Notes under the pieces: model-generated | Told to the model about the DNA's origin: nothing | Databases searched by the model: none | The model's input: the letters and a program-made list of their open reading frames with translations, nothing else | In this document: piece by piece, positions 48,441 through 57,154 of the stretch | Numbering within the stretch: position 1 is the stretch's first letter | Layout of the letters: each line of letters starts with the position of its first letter | DNA from: Thermoanaerobaculia bacterium | Lineage (GTDB): Bacteria > Acidobacteriota > Thermoanaerobaculia > UBA5066 > Gp7-AA6 | Reading direction: 5' to 3' | DNA: 64,000 nt | Assembly: GCA_038239305.1 (NCBI GenBank) | Contig: JBBSEW010000014.1 | Coordinates: forward strand, 629 to 64,628 | Position numbers and translations under genes: made by a program

Positions 48441-48779
48441 TCAATGCATGTTGGCGAGGCCGCCGCACATGCTGGCGAGGAGAAAAACGAGGGCTCCGCC
48501 GAACAGGAAACCGAGCGCCCAGTCCTTGCGTCCCCGACGGAAAAAGAAGAGGACGGCCGGGACCACGTAGACGAGCTGCAGGACGGCGCAGCCCATCGGC
48601 TGGCGGGACGAGTCGAAGAGCGCCAGAAACAGGCATCCTCCGAGGAAGAGGGTCGCGAGATATCCGCCGGAGAACCCCCCCAGGCGCCGCCAGACGCTCG
48701 GGGGCCTCGCCGTTTGCGGGGTGAGGCCGGCCGGCGCCTCGGGCTCGCCCGGCGGGATCGGAGGAGGCGTGCTCGACAC
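48441..48779 (-). CDS. Small membrane protein ending in a hydrophobic helix plus Cys-Gly-Gly
   Basis: GTG start overlaps the radical SAM stop (TAGTG); Pro-rich N-terminus; three hydrophobic segments; C-terminus ALVFLLASMCGGLANMH. Confidence 0.7.
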   Translation of the reverse strand: MSSTPPPIPPGEPEAPAGLTPQTARPPSVWRRLGGFSGGYLATLFLGGCLFLALFDSSRQPMGCAVLQLVYVVPAVLFFFRRGRKDWALGFLFGGALVFLLASMCGGLANMH

Positions 48780-50203
48780 TATGCCTCCCGGCTGCGCATC
48801 GCCCACTCACGCAGAGGGCCCAACCTCCGCGCCTCGAGGTCTCCGCGGTAGAAGAGGTTGTAGGTGTCGAAGGGGATCAGCCGCCCGTCGGGATGGGCGA
48901 TATGAACGCACGTCTTCTTGATCGAGCGCAGATCGAAGGAATGCGCGTCCGAGAACTCGAGGATGAGAATCCGAAAAAGCCGGTCGTAGGACATCCGGCC
49001 CGGAACGGCAACAGGAGGGAGACAGCAGAGAAGGTCCGCGAGCCGGACGGGCAGGCCCTCGGATCCGTTGCCGGTCGAGAAGAGCGCGAGGAAAGCGTTG
49101 CGGAGCTCGGGGTCGCGCTCGAACACGATCGTGTTGCGGGCTCGCTCGATCAAGGTGTCCCGCGGAATGAGGCCCGTCAGAGGCATCGGGCCATCCGGCG
49201 TCTTCAAGGCGTAGCCCATGCAGAGTGCGTCCGGATGGCACGGGACAGGCACGAGATCGTCCGGCGAAAAGAGCGGGGACTGTTCGAGGATCTTCCGGCG
49301 GACCTCCGAGAGGGTCAGGCGATGGGCCGCATCGTCGTAGCCATCGAGACGTCCCGCGGCCTGAACCGGCTGGAAGGTGATTCCCCGAACGCATGGCTGC
49401 GCCAGAGCGAATTCGAGGATTGCGCCGATCTCTCCGTCGTTGACGCCTCGCTGCAGCGTCACGACGAGCGTCGTCGAGAGATTCAGCGCGTTCAGGCGCT
49501 CGATCGCCCGCATGCGGATGTCGCGCAAATCGGCTCCGCGCAGGATTTCGAGAGGGCGGGGCTGCAGGGAGTCGAACTGGAGATAGATCTCGAAACCGGG
49601 CGCATAGGCCGCGAGTCGCTCGGCGAAACCGTCCTCCCGCGCGATCCGCACGCCGTTGGTGTTGACCATGAGATAGCGGATCGGGCGCCGCTTCGCCGCG
49701 TCCAGGATCTCGAAGAAGTCGGGATGGATCGTGGGCTCTCCGCCGGAGATCTGAACGATGTCGGGCTCGCCCTCGTTGGCCACGACCGCGTCCAGCATCT
49801 TCTCGATCTCCGAAAGCGGCCGGTGCGAGGCCATCCTTTCCGGGCCGCTGGCGGCGTAGCAGACCGGACACCGGAGGTTGCAACCGTCGGTGACCTCGAC
49901 CAGGGTGAGGCACGAGTGCTGTTCGTGGTCCGGACAGATCCCGCAGTCATACGGGCACCCGAACTCGGTCGCCGTATTGCGCCGGAGGGGCATCTCAGGC
50001 GGCTTGAGAAACACTTCGCGGCAGAGCCTGTAGTAGTCGATGTCGTCGGAGATGAGGACCCGCTCCGGTCCGTGGACCGGGCACGACTTCGCGAGCCACA
50101 CGCGTCCGTCCTCGAAGAGGATCTTTCCATCTACCTTGCGCAGGCAGACGGAGCAGATGGAGACGGCGGCGTCGTAGTAGAGGTAGGGGCGAGTTGCGGT
50201 CAC
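48779..50203 (-). CDS. Radical SAM enzyme of the MJ0619/Tes (tetraether synthase)-like family
   Basis: N-terminal CSVC...CPVHG metal site; GCPYDCGICPDHEQH auxiliary motif; CNLRCPVC SAM cluster; SGGEPTIHP; YLQFD; KTCVH...IPFDTYN; GTGA overlap with the lgt-like gene. Confidence 0.85.
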   Translation of the reverse strand: MTATRPYLYYDAAVSICSVCLRKVDGKILFEDGRVWLAKSCPVHGPERVLISDDIDYYRLCREVFLKPPEMPLRRNTATEFGCPYDCGICPDHEQHSCLTLVEVTDGCNLRCPVCYAASGPERMASHRPLSEIEKMLDAVVANEGEPDIVQISGGEPTIHPDFFEILDAAKRRPIRYLMVNTNGVRIAREDGFAERLAAYAPGFEIYLQFDSLQPRPLEILRGADLRDIRMRAIERLNALNLSTTLVVTLQRGVNDGEIGAILEFALAQPCVRGITFQPVQAAGRLDGYDDAAHRLTLSEVRRKILEQSPLFSPDDLVPVPCHPDALCMGYALKTPDGPMPLTGLIPRDTLIERARNTIVFERDPELRNAFLALFSTGNGSEGLPVRLADLLCCLPPVAVPGRMSYDRLFRILILEFSDAHSFDLRSIKKTCVHIAHPDGRLIPFDTYNLFYRGDLEARRLGPLREWAMRSREA

Positions 50204-50991
50204 AGTCGCTCCTCTCGCTGTTCCCGGCTTCGCACCCGCTGCGGGTGCCCCCGAAACCGGTCCGGAAGGACGGCCGCATAGTAGCCGAGCCCCGCGATGC
50301 AGGCGAGCTGGATCGCGGAGAGGCCCAGCGGAAGTGGCGGCGGAAAAGGCTTCAGGAAATCGATCGCGAGGCGGAATGCGAGATACGAGGAGTGAAAGAG
50401 CGCAAAGGCCAGTCCGGCGGGCGCCCGACCGGAGCGGAGAAGCCGGCGGAGGACGACTGCAAGGGCGAGGATGAACGCAATCTCGTAGAGCGCGGTCGGA
50501 TGCCGCGGGATCGAATCGCCCATCGCAACGGCCCACGGGAGATTCGTCGGCCGGCCTGCCGTCAGGTCCGCGGGGCCCGCCAAGAAGCAGCCGATCCGGC
50601 CGATCGCGATTCCCGAACAGAGGGGCAGGACGTACAGGTCTCCGGTCGGGACCTCGATCCCCGTCGAGCGCTTGCGGAGCTCAACGGCGATGAGGCCGCC
50701 GAGGAGTGCACCGACGATCGTCTTGCCGCCCAGCATCGCGGAAACATCCGTCGCGTGCGCGGCCGTCCATCGCGGATCGCAGAGCCAGAAGAGCACCCGC
50801 GACCCGAGCGCCGCCCCGACGGCCGCGGCCACGACGAGGCTCAGGCGTTCGGCATCCGGAAGCGCATCGCCTTCCCTCCGCCGCCCGTGGATGTAGAGAG
50901 CGGCGGCGACGGCGTAAGCGAGGGCCTCGAAACCGAAGTGGAGCAAACCGCCGGACCCGCCCGGAAACGTCGACGCCTCGATCCCGAACAA
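50200..50991 (-). CDS. Prolipoprotein diacylglyceryl transferase (Lgt)-family protein, atypical paralog
   Basis: GGKTIVGALLGG, GRIGCF, RHPTALYE, YLAFRLAIDFLK; about seven TM helices; TTG start after GAGGGG. Confidence 0.85.
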   Translation of the reverse strand: MFGIEASTFPGGSGGLLHFGFEALAYAVAAALYIHGRRREGDALPDAERLSLVVAAAVGAALGSRVLFWLCDPRWTAAHATDVSAMLGGKTIVGALLGGLIAVELRKRSTGIEVPTGDLYVLPLCSGIAIGRIGCFLAGPADLTAGRPTNLPWAVAMGDSIPRHPTALYEIAFILALAVVLRRLLRSGRAPAGLAFALFHSSYLAFRLAIDFLKPFPPPLPLGLSAIQLACIAGLGYYAAVLPDRFRGHPQRVRSREQREERL

Positions 50992-50998
50992 TCGCCCC

Positions 50999-51832
50999 TC
51001 AGGATGCGAAGCGGGCGGCGATGAGGAGCGCGGCTCCGATGACACCGAGATAGACCGCGAACGGGCGAAGCGTGTGCGTGCGGAGGTAGCGGAGGAGGAA
51101 CTCGACCGCCAGATATCCGACGATGGCCGAAGAGAGAAATCCGGCCACGAGAGGCCCCGCGCCGATCACGGGAGCGTGGGCCTTGCGCAGGTCGAGCAGG
51201 GCCTTGGCTCCTGCGCCGAGGATGATCGGCAGCGCCAGCAGGAACGAAAAGCGAGTCGCGTCCTCCCGCCGGAATCCCCGCAGTCGTCCCGTGCTGATCG
51301 TCATGCCCGACCGCGAGAGGCCGGGAAAGAGGCCGGCTGCCGCCTGGGCGATTCCGACGAACAGGGCGTCCGCCAGGTTGATGCGGGACAGGTCCCGTTC
51401 GTTGCCGGTCCGCGTCTGCCCGACGTGTTCCGAGTAGAAGAAGTAGCCACAGGCGACGAGCATGGCGATTCCGATCGAGGTCAGGCTCCGGAAGGAGTCG
51501 AACCTCTTGAGCAGGAAGAGGCCGGCGAGGACACCGGGCACCGTTCCGACCAGGATCGGAAGGATCAGAGCGCGCTCCTCCGGGTGCCTCGCGGGCCGGC
51601 CGCCGATCGCGAGGAGGGTCTCGGCCGCGATCCCGGTCAGGAGGCGCGCCGTCGCCACGATGAGGGCCAGGGCCGTTCCGAGGTGGAGGACGAGGTCGAA
51701 GGCGAGAGAGAGCTCAGCGTCCCGGATTCCGAGAGCCCATTGGAGAAGGGCCAGGTGCGCGGTCGAGGAAATCGGGATGAACTCGGTCAGCCCCTGGACG
51801 ATGCCGAGGAGAATGGCGTGAGTGAGCGGCAT
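50999..51832 (-). CDS. uppP: Undecaprenyl-diphosphate phosphatase
   Basis: GIVQGLTEFIPISSTAH, PGLSRSGMTI, ATRFSFLL. Confidence 0.93.
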   Translation of the reverse strand: MPLTHAILLGIVQGLTEFIPISSTAHLALLQWALGIRDAELSLAFDLVLHLGTALALIVATARLLTGIAAETLLAIGGRPARHPEERALILPILVGTVPGVLAGLFLLKRFDSFRSLTSIGIAMLVACGYFFYSEHVGQTRTGNERDLSRINLADALFVGIAQAAAGLFPGLSRSGMTISTGRLRGFRREDATRFSFLLALPIILGAGAKALLDLRKAHAPVIGAGPLVAGFLSSAIVGYLAVEFLLRYLRTHTLRPFAVYLGVIGAALLIAARFAS

Positions 51833-51910
51833 GGCGCGCAGAATCTCACGAGAGCGCGCCGGACCGCGAATTCGGCGAAAATGGGGGCGAGTGAGAGCTC
51901 CGGACCGAGA

Positions 51911-51946
51911 ACGAAAACTGAAAACTGAAAACTGAGAAAAGAGAAC
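51911..51946. repeat. Heptamer tandem repeat GAAAACT x3 with degenerate flanks
   Basis: acGAAAACT-GAAAACT-GAAAACT-GAGAAAAGAGAAC. Confidence 0.7.
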
Positions 51947-51986
51947 AGCGAGCCGAACAACGGAGAGCTCAGAGGAAGGAGTCGCG

Positions 51987-52388
51987 ATGACCGCCGTTCT
52001 GATCCCGGGCCTCGTTCTCTACTCGGATGCGGCGCTCCTCTTCATGCGTCTCCTGGTCGCGGCCGTATTCCTCTCGAGCGGGTGGGGTCACGTGAGCGAC
52101 CCGGTAGGCCGCGGGAAGAAGATCGGCATGAGCCCGCGCTTTACCGTTTTTCTCGGTTCCGCCGAGATCTGCGGATCTCTCGGCGTGGCTTTCGGCGCGC
52201 TGATCCAGCCGGCGGCGATCGGACTGATACTTCTGATGCTCGGGGCGATTCAAAAGAAGATATTCGTCTGGAAGACGGGATTCTGGGGGACGAAGGACCA
52301 GGGGTGGCACTACGACCTCCTGATCGTTGCCATGAACCTCGTTATCGCCGCGACCGGCGGTGGCACGTACGTGCTGAGCCCGAATTGA
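51987..52388 (+). CDS. DoxX family membrane protein
   Basis: LFMRLLVAAVFLSSGWGH, AEICG, GWHYDL; RBS GAAGGAG. Confidence 0.85.
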   Translation: MTAVLIPGLVLYSDAALLFMRLLVAAVFLSSGWGHVSDPVGRGKKIGMSPRFTVFLGSAEICGSLGVAFGALIQPAAIGLILLMLGAIQKKIFVWKTGFWGTKDQGWHYDLLIVAMNLVIAATGGGTYVLSPN

Positions 52389-52427
52389 ACGTAGCCGATA
52401 GCGTCGGCTGTCAGTTGTGAGCTGGTT

Positions 52428-52468
52428 GTCTTCCGTCTTCCGTCGTCCGTCGTCCGCTCTCCGTCTTC
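52428..52468. repeat. Heptamer tandem repeat TCCGTC(T/G)
   Basis: gtcttccgtcttccgtcgtccgtcgtccgctctccgtctt between convergent genes. Confidence 0.7.
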
Positions 52469-52496
52469 GAATCCCGGCCGGGACTCTCCCGGGCCC

Positions 52497-54047
52497 TTAC
52501 GAAGGCGTACGCGTCGGTGACGCCGGGGCGGGCGTCATCGGTGGAATCGGCTCTCCCGCGGGAGCGGCCGGAACGGCGGGGCCGCGCAGCTCGGAGTCCT
52601 GCCAGCCGCCACCGAGGGCGCGCACGAGATTGACGGACGCGACCAGGCGGCGGGTCGCGAGCTCGATCGAGACGCGCTCGTTCGCGAGCGACGTGACCTG
52701 GGCTGTGACGACCTCGAGATAGGTCGTGATGCCGCCCTCGTAGCGGTTGCGGGCGAGCTCCAGAGCCCGCTCGGCGGCCGCCGTCGCCTGCTGCTGCTGC
52801 CGGGCTTCGTCCGCCAGAATGCGAAGCCCCGCGAGATTGTCCTCGACCTCCTGGAAGGCCGTCAGGACGCTCTGGCGATAGACCGCGACCGACGAGTCGT
52901 AAGCGGCGACCGTCTGCTCGCGGAGAGCGCGCCGCTTGCCACCCTGGAAGAGCGTCGCGACGAGCGTCGGCCCGATCGACCAGAAACGGTTCGGAAGATT
53001 GAAAAGATCGGAGAGCGTCGAGCTGCCGTATCCGCCCGACGCGGCGAGCAGGAGCTGGGGAAAGAACGCGGCGGTCGCGACGCCGACCTGGGCATTGGCC
53101 GCGGCGACCCGCCGTTCGGACGCGGCGATGTCAGGGCGCCGCTCGAGGAGCTCGGACGGCAGCTCGACGGGAGTCGCCGGGGGCGCGTATTCCTTCGTGT
53201 CCGACGCGATCGAAAAATCGTGCGGGGTTTTCCCGATGAGAGCCGCGATCGCATGCTCGAATTGTGCTCGCGTGAGAGAAAGATCGATCGACTGGGCGCG
53301 TGTCGTGTACAGCTGCGTTTCGGCTTGCGCCACGTCGACGCCTGACACCACGCCCTGGTCGTGGCGGTTGACCGTGAGCTGGAGCGCTCGATCGTAGGCT
53401 TCCGCGTTGGTGTCGAGGAGCCTCTTTTCGGCGTCGATCCCGCGGAGCTGGACGTAGTCCGCCGCCAGCTCGGATTGCATGATCAGCCGGACGTTCTCGA
53501 GATCCGCCTCGGTCGCCTGCGCGGTCGCGACGCTCCCCTCGACGTTACGCCGGATCCGCCCGAAGATATCGAGCTCCCACGAGACGTCTCCCACGACGGA
53601 ATAGCCTGTCGCGGTCGCCGCCGGCACGTTCGGCACGGTTCCGGTGACGACGGTTGCGGTGCGGTTGTTTACGGTCGATCGCGTCACGCCCGCCGTGGCG
53701 CTCACCGTGGGGAGGAGGTCGGCGCGGGCGACGCGGATCGCCGCGCGCGCGGATCGCCACTGGGCTTCCGCCTGAGCGACGTTCTGGTTCGTGATCGAGA
53801 CCTGCTCGAGGAGAGCGTTCAGTTGCGGGTCCCCGAAGCTCTCCCACCACTTTCCGCGCGAGGCTCCGTCTCGCGGAGCCGCCGCTTTCCACTGTCCCGC
53901 CATCTCCGGGGACGAGGATGCCGCGCTCATTTCCTTCCAGGATTCAGGGACGGGAGCCGACGGCCGCCGATAGTTGGGCCCGACAGCGCAGCCGGTGAGG
54001 ACTCCGACGAGACCGACGACGACGAGAACGCGAAGCAGAGACGTCAT
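52497..54047 (-). CDS. RND outer-membrane factor lipoprotein (NodT/OprM family)
   Basis: Lipobox LTGC-AVGPNY; WWESFGDPQLN; SWELDIFG; LLERRPDI; ALGGGW. Confidence 0.92.
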   Translation of the reverse strand: MTSLLRVLVVVGLVGVLTGCAVGPNYRRPSAPVPESWKEMSAASSSPEMAGQWKAAAPRDGASRGKWWESFGDPQLNALLEQVSITNQNVAQAEAQWRSARAAIRVARADLLPTVSATAGVTRSTVNNRTATVVTGTVPNVPAATATGYSVVGDVSWELDIFGRIRRNVEGSVATAQATEADLENVRLIMQSELAADYVQLRGIDAEKRLLDTNAEAYDRALQLTVNRHDQGVVSGVDVAQAETQLYTTRAQSIDLSLTRAQFEHAIAALIGKTPHDFSIASDTKEYAPPATPVELPSELLERRPDIAASERRVAAANAQVGVATAAFFPQLLLAASGGYGSSTLSDLFNLPNRFWSIGPTLVATLFQGGKRRALREQTVAAYDSSVAVYRQSVLTAFQEVEDNLAGLRILADEARQQQQATAAAERALELARNRYEGGITTYLEVVTAQVTSLANERVSIELATRRLVASVNLVRALGGGWQDSELRGPAVPAAPAGEPIPPMTPAPASPTRTPS

Positions 54048-57000
54048 GCCTTCCCTCCGGCGGGAGCGACCGCCTGTACGGGGCGGCGGCGCAGACTCTG
54101 CCACCGCAGCCGGAATCGATCGAGATACAGATAAACCACCGGGGTCGTGTAGAGAGTCAGCATCTGGCTGAAAATGAGGCCGCCGACGATCGCGATGCCG
54201 AGAGGCTTCCGCAGCTCGGAGCCCGTGCCCCCGCCGATGGCGAGCGGCAGACCGCCAAGCAGCGCGGCCATCGTCGTCATCGTAATTGGACGGAACCGGA
54301 GAAGGCACGCCTGAAAGATCGCGTCCTCCGGACCCTTGTTGTCTTTGCGCTCCGCCTCGATCGCGAAGTCGATCATCAGGATCGCGTTCTTCTTGACGAT
54401 GCCGATGAGCAGGATGATTCCTATGAGCGCGATCACCGAGAGATCGTTGCCGCTCAGGAGGAGCGCGAGGAGCGCTCCGACCCCGGCGGAGGGGAGCGTC
54501 GAGAGAATCGTGATCGGATGGATCGTGCTCTCGTACAGGATTCCGAGCACGATGTAGACCGTAAAAAGAGCCGCGAGGATGAGGATCGGCTCGTTGGCGA
54601 GCGACGCCTGGAAAGCCTGCGCGGTTCCCTGAAACGTTCCCCGCAGCGTCGACGGAAGGTGCATCTCCTCGCCGGCGCGCTGGATCCCCTTCAGGGCGTC
54701 CCCGAGCGCCACGCCCGTCGGCAGGTTGAAGGAAATCGTCACGGAGGGGAACTGCCCCTGGTGGTTGACCGCGAGCGGGGCCGTGTTCCGCGTGAGCGTC
54801 GTGAAGGCGGAGAGTGGCACCATGGCGCCGGTGGTCGAGTGGAGAAAGACGGATCGCAGGCCGTCCGGCGTCTGCAGGAACTGGGGATCGACCTCCATCA
54901 ACACGTGGTACTGGTTGAGCTGCGTGTACATCGTCGACACCTGCCGCTGCCCGAAGGAGTCATAGAGAGCCGCGTCGATCGCCTGGGAGCTGATGCCGAG
55001 CCGCGCGGCGGTCGACCGGTCGATCGTGAGAGCGACCTGGAGCCCCTGGTTCTGCATGTCGCTGTTGACGTCCGTGATCTCGGGTACCTTTCGCAGCCTC
55101 GCGAGAACCCGCGGCGCCCAGACGAACAGCTCTTTCGAATCGTCCGATTGAAGCGTGTACTGGTACTGGGCCGCTCCCCCCCGGCCGCCAATCCGGAGAT
55201 CCTGGACGGGCTGCAGGAAAAGAGTCGCGCCCGGGACATGCGCCAGTTTCCCGCGCAGCCGCGCGATGACCTGGTCCGCGTTGAGATCCCGATCCTCTTT
55301 CGGTTTCAGGGCGACGAACATTCGGCCGGAATTGGAGGTCCCGCCGAGGAATCCATTCGCGCTCTCGACAGCCGGATCCTGCATGACGGTATTCACGAAG
55401 AGGCGAAGCTTGGTCTGCATCGCCTGGAACGACGTGTCCTGGTCCGCCTGGATCGAGCCGTTCAACCGTCCCGTGTCCTGCTGCGGAAAAAAGCCTTTCG
55501 GAATCTTCGCATAGAGGAACACCGTTGCCACCATGGTCGCGAGGGTGACCGCCATCGTCAACGGCTGATGGCGCAGCACCCACTCGAGCGAACGGCGATA
55601 CCCGCCGAGTATCCAGTCGAACGCCTTCTCGGACGCATCGTAGAAGCGCCCGTGCTTCTGCTCGGAATGCGCCCGCAGCAGCTTCGCGCACATCATCGGC
55701 GTGGTCGTGAGCGAGATCACCATCGACACGCCGATCGCGATCGAGAGCGTGACCGCGAACTCGCGGAAGAGGCGTCCCACGATCCCGCCCATCAGGAGAA
55801 TCGGAATGAAGACGGCGACGAGCGAGATGCTTATGGTGAGAACGGTGAACCCGATCTCCCGGGCTCCCAGGAGGGAAGCCTCGAGCGGCGTCTTGCCCTC
55901 CTCGAGGTGGCGGGTGATGTTCTCGATGACGACGATGGCGTCGTCCACCACGAATCCCGTCGCGACGGTGAGCGCCATGAGGGAGAGGTTGTCGAGGCTG
56001 TACCCGAGGAGATACATCGCCCCGAATGTTCCGATCAGGGAGATCGGCACGGCCACGCTCGGAATGAGCGTCGACCGGAGGTCGCGTAGGAACAGGAAGA
56101 CGACCAGGATCACGAGCGCGATCGAGATGCCGAGCGTGATCTGGACGTCCCGGACCGAGGCGCGGATCGTGCGCGTGGCGTCGATGGCGACTTTGATCCT
56201 CATCGTCGGCGGGACCGACGCCTGCATCTGCGGAAGGATCGCCTGGATGCGGTCGACCGTGTCGATGATGTTCGCACCCGGCTGGCGGAAGATGATGACG
56301 ATGACGGCGGGCTTGCCGTTCGAGAGACCGACGGTGCGGATGTCTTCGACGGAATCCGAGACTTTCGCGACGTCGGACAGGACCAGTGCCGAGCCGTTCC
56401 GGTAGCGGATCACGAGATTCTGGTAGTCGGCGGCTTTGAGGATCTGATCCGTGGTCGCGAGCGACCACGTCTGCGTGCCGTTGCCGAGGGATCCCTTCGG
56501 CCGGTTCGTGTTGGCGGCGGCGAGCGACGCGCGGACGTCGTCCATGCCGAGGCCGTTGTTGTTCAGCGCCGTCGGATTGACGTCCACCCGCACCGCCGGG
56601 AGTGCCCCTCCGCCGACGATGACCTGCCCGACTCCGGGTATCTGCGAGAGCTTCTGTTGCAGCACGGAGGAGGCGATGTCGTACATCTGCGGGCGCCCGA
56701 TGAAGTCGGACGTGATGGAAAGGAGCATGACCGGCGCGTCCGCGGGGTTCACTTTGCGCCAGTACGGATTGTTGGGCAAGTTCGTCGGCAATTGCCCGCG
56801 AGCGGCGTTGATCGCCGCCTGGACGTCGCGGCCGGCAGCGTCGATGTTGCGATTCAGGTCGAACTGGAGCGTCACGTTCGTCGAGCCGAGCGAGCTCGTG
56901 GACGTCATCTCCGTGACCCCCGCGATCCGGCCGAACTGGCGCTCGAGCGGTGTCGCGACGGACGACGCCATCGTTTCCGGGCTCGCGCCCGGAAGCCCGG

Positions 57001-57154
57001 CCGAGACATTGATGGTCGGAAACTCGACCTGCGGCAGCGGCGAGACGGGCAGCAGCTTGTAGGCGATTCCTCCGGCGAGCGCGATCGCGACGGTCAGGAG
57101 GGTTGTCGCGATCGGCCGCCGGATGAAGGGCTCGGAGAGGCTGTGTGTGCTCAT
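54044..57154 (-). CDS. mdtC: RND permease MdtC-like
   Basis: [30 protein letters not shown]; second of a permease pair. Confidence 0.88.
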   Translation of the reverse strand: MSTHSLSEPFIRRPIATTLLTVAIALAGGIAYKLLPVSPLPQVEFPTINVSAGLPGASPETMASSVATPLERQFGRIAGVTEMTSTSSLGSTNVTLQFDLNRNIDAAGRDVQAAINAARGQLPTNLPNNPYWRKVNPADAPVMLLSITSDFIGRPQMYDIASSVLQQKLSQIPGVGQVIVGGGALPAVRVDVNPTALNNNGLGMDDVRASLAAANTNRPKGSLGNGTQTWSLATTDQILKAADYQNLVIRYRNGSALVLSDVAKVSDSVEDIRTVGLSNGKPAVIVIIFRQPGANIIDTVDRIQAILPQMQASVPPTMRIKVAIDATRTIRASVRDVQITLGISIALVILVVFLFLRDLRSTLIPSVAVPISLIGTFGAMYLLGYSLDNLSLMALTVATGFVVDDAIVVIENITRHLEEGKTPLEASLLGAREIGFTVLTISISLVAVFIPILLMGGIVGRLFREFAVTLSIAIGVSMVISLTTTPMMCAKLLRAHSEQKHGRFYDASEKAFDWILGGYRRSLEWVLRHQPLTMAVTLATMVATVFLYAKIPKGFFPQQDTGRLNGSIQADQDTSFQAMQTKLRLFVNTVMQDPAVESANGFLGGTSNSGRMFVALKPKEDRDLNADQVIARLRGKLAHVPGATLFLQPVQDLRIGGRGGAAQYQYTLQSDDSKELFVWAPRVLARLRKVPEITDVNSDMQNQGLQVALTIDRSTAARLGISSQAIDAALYDSFGQRQVSTMYTQLNQYHVLMEVDPQFLQTPDGLRSVFLHSTTGAMVPLSAFTTLTRNTAPLAVNHQGQFPSVTISFNLPTGVALGDALKGIQRAGEEMHLPSTLRGTFQGTAQAFQASLANEPILILAALFTVYIVLGILYESTIHPITILSTLPSAGVGALLALLLSGNDLSVIALIGIILLIGIVKKNAILMIDFAIEAERKDNKGPEDAIFQACLLRFRPITMTTMAALLGGLPLAIGGGTGSELRKPLGIAIVGGLIFSQMLTLYTTPVVYLYLDRFRLRWQSLRRRPVQAVAPAGGKA

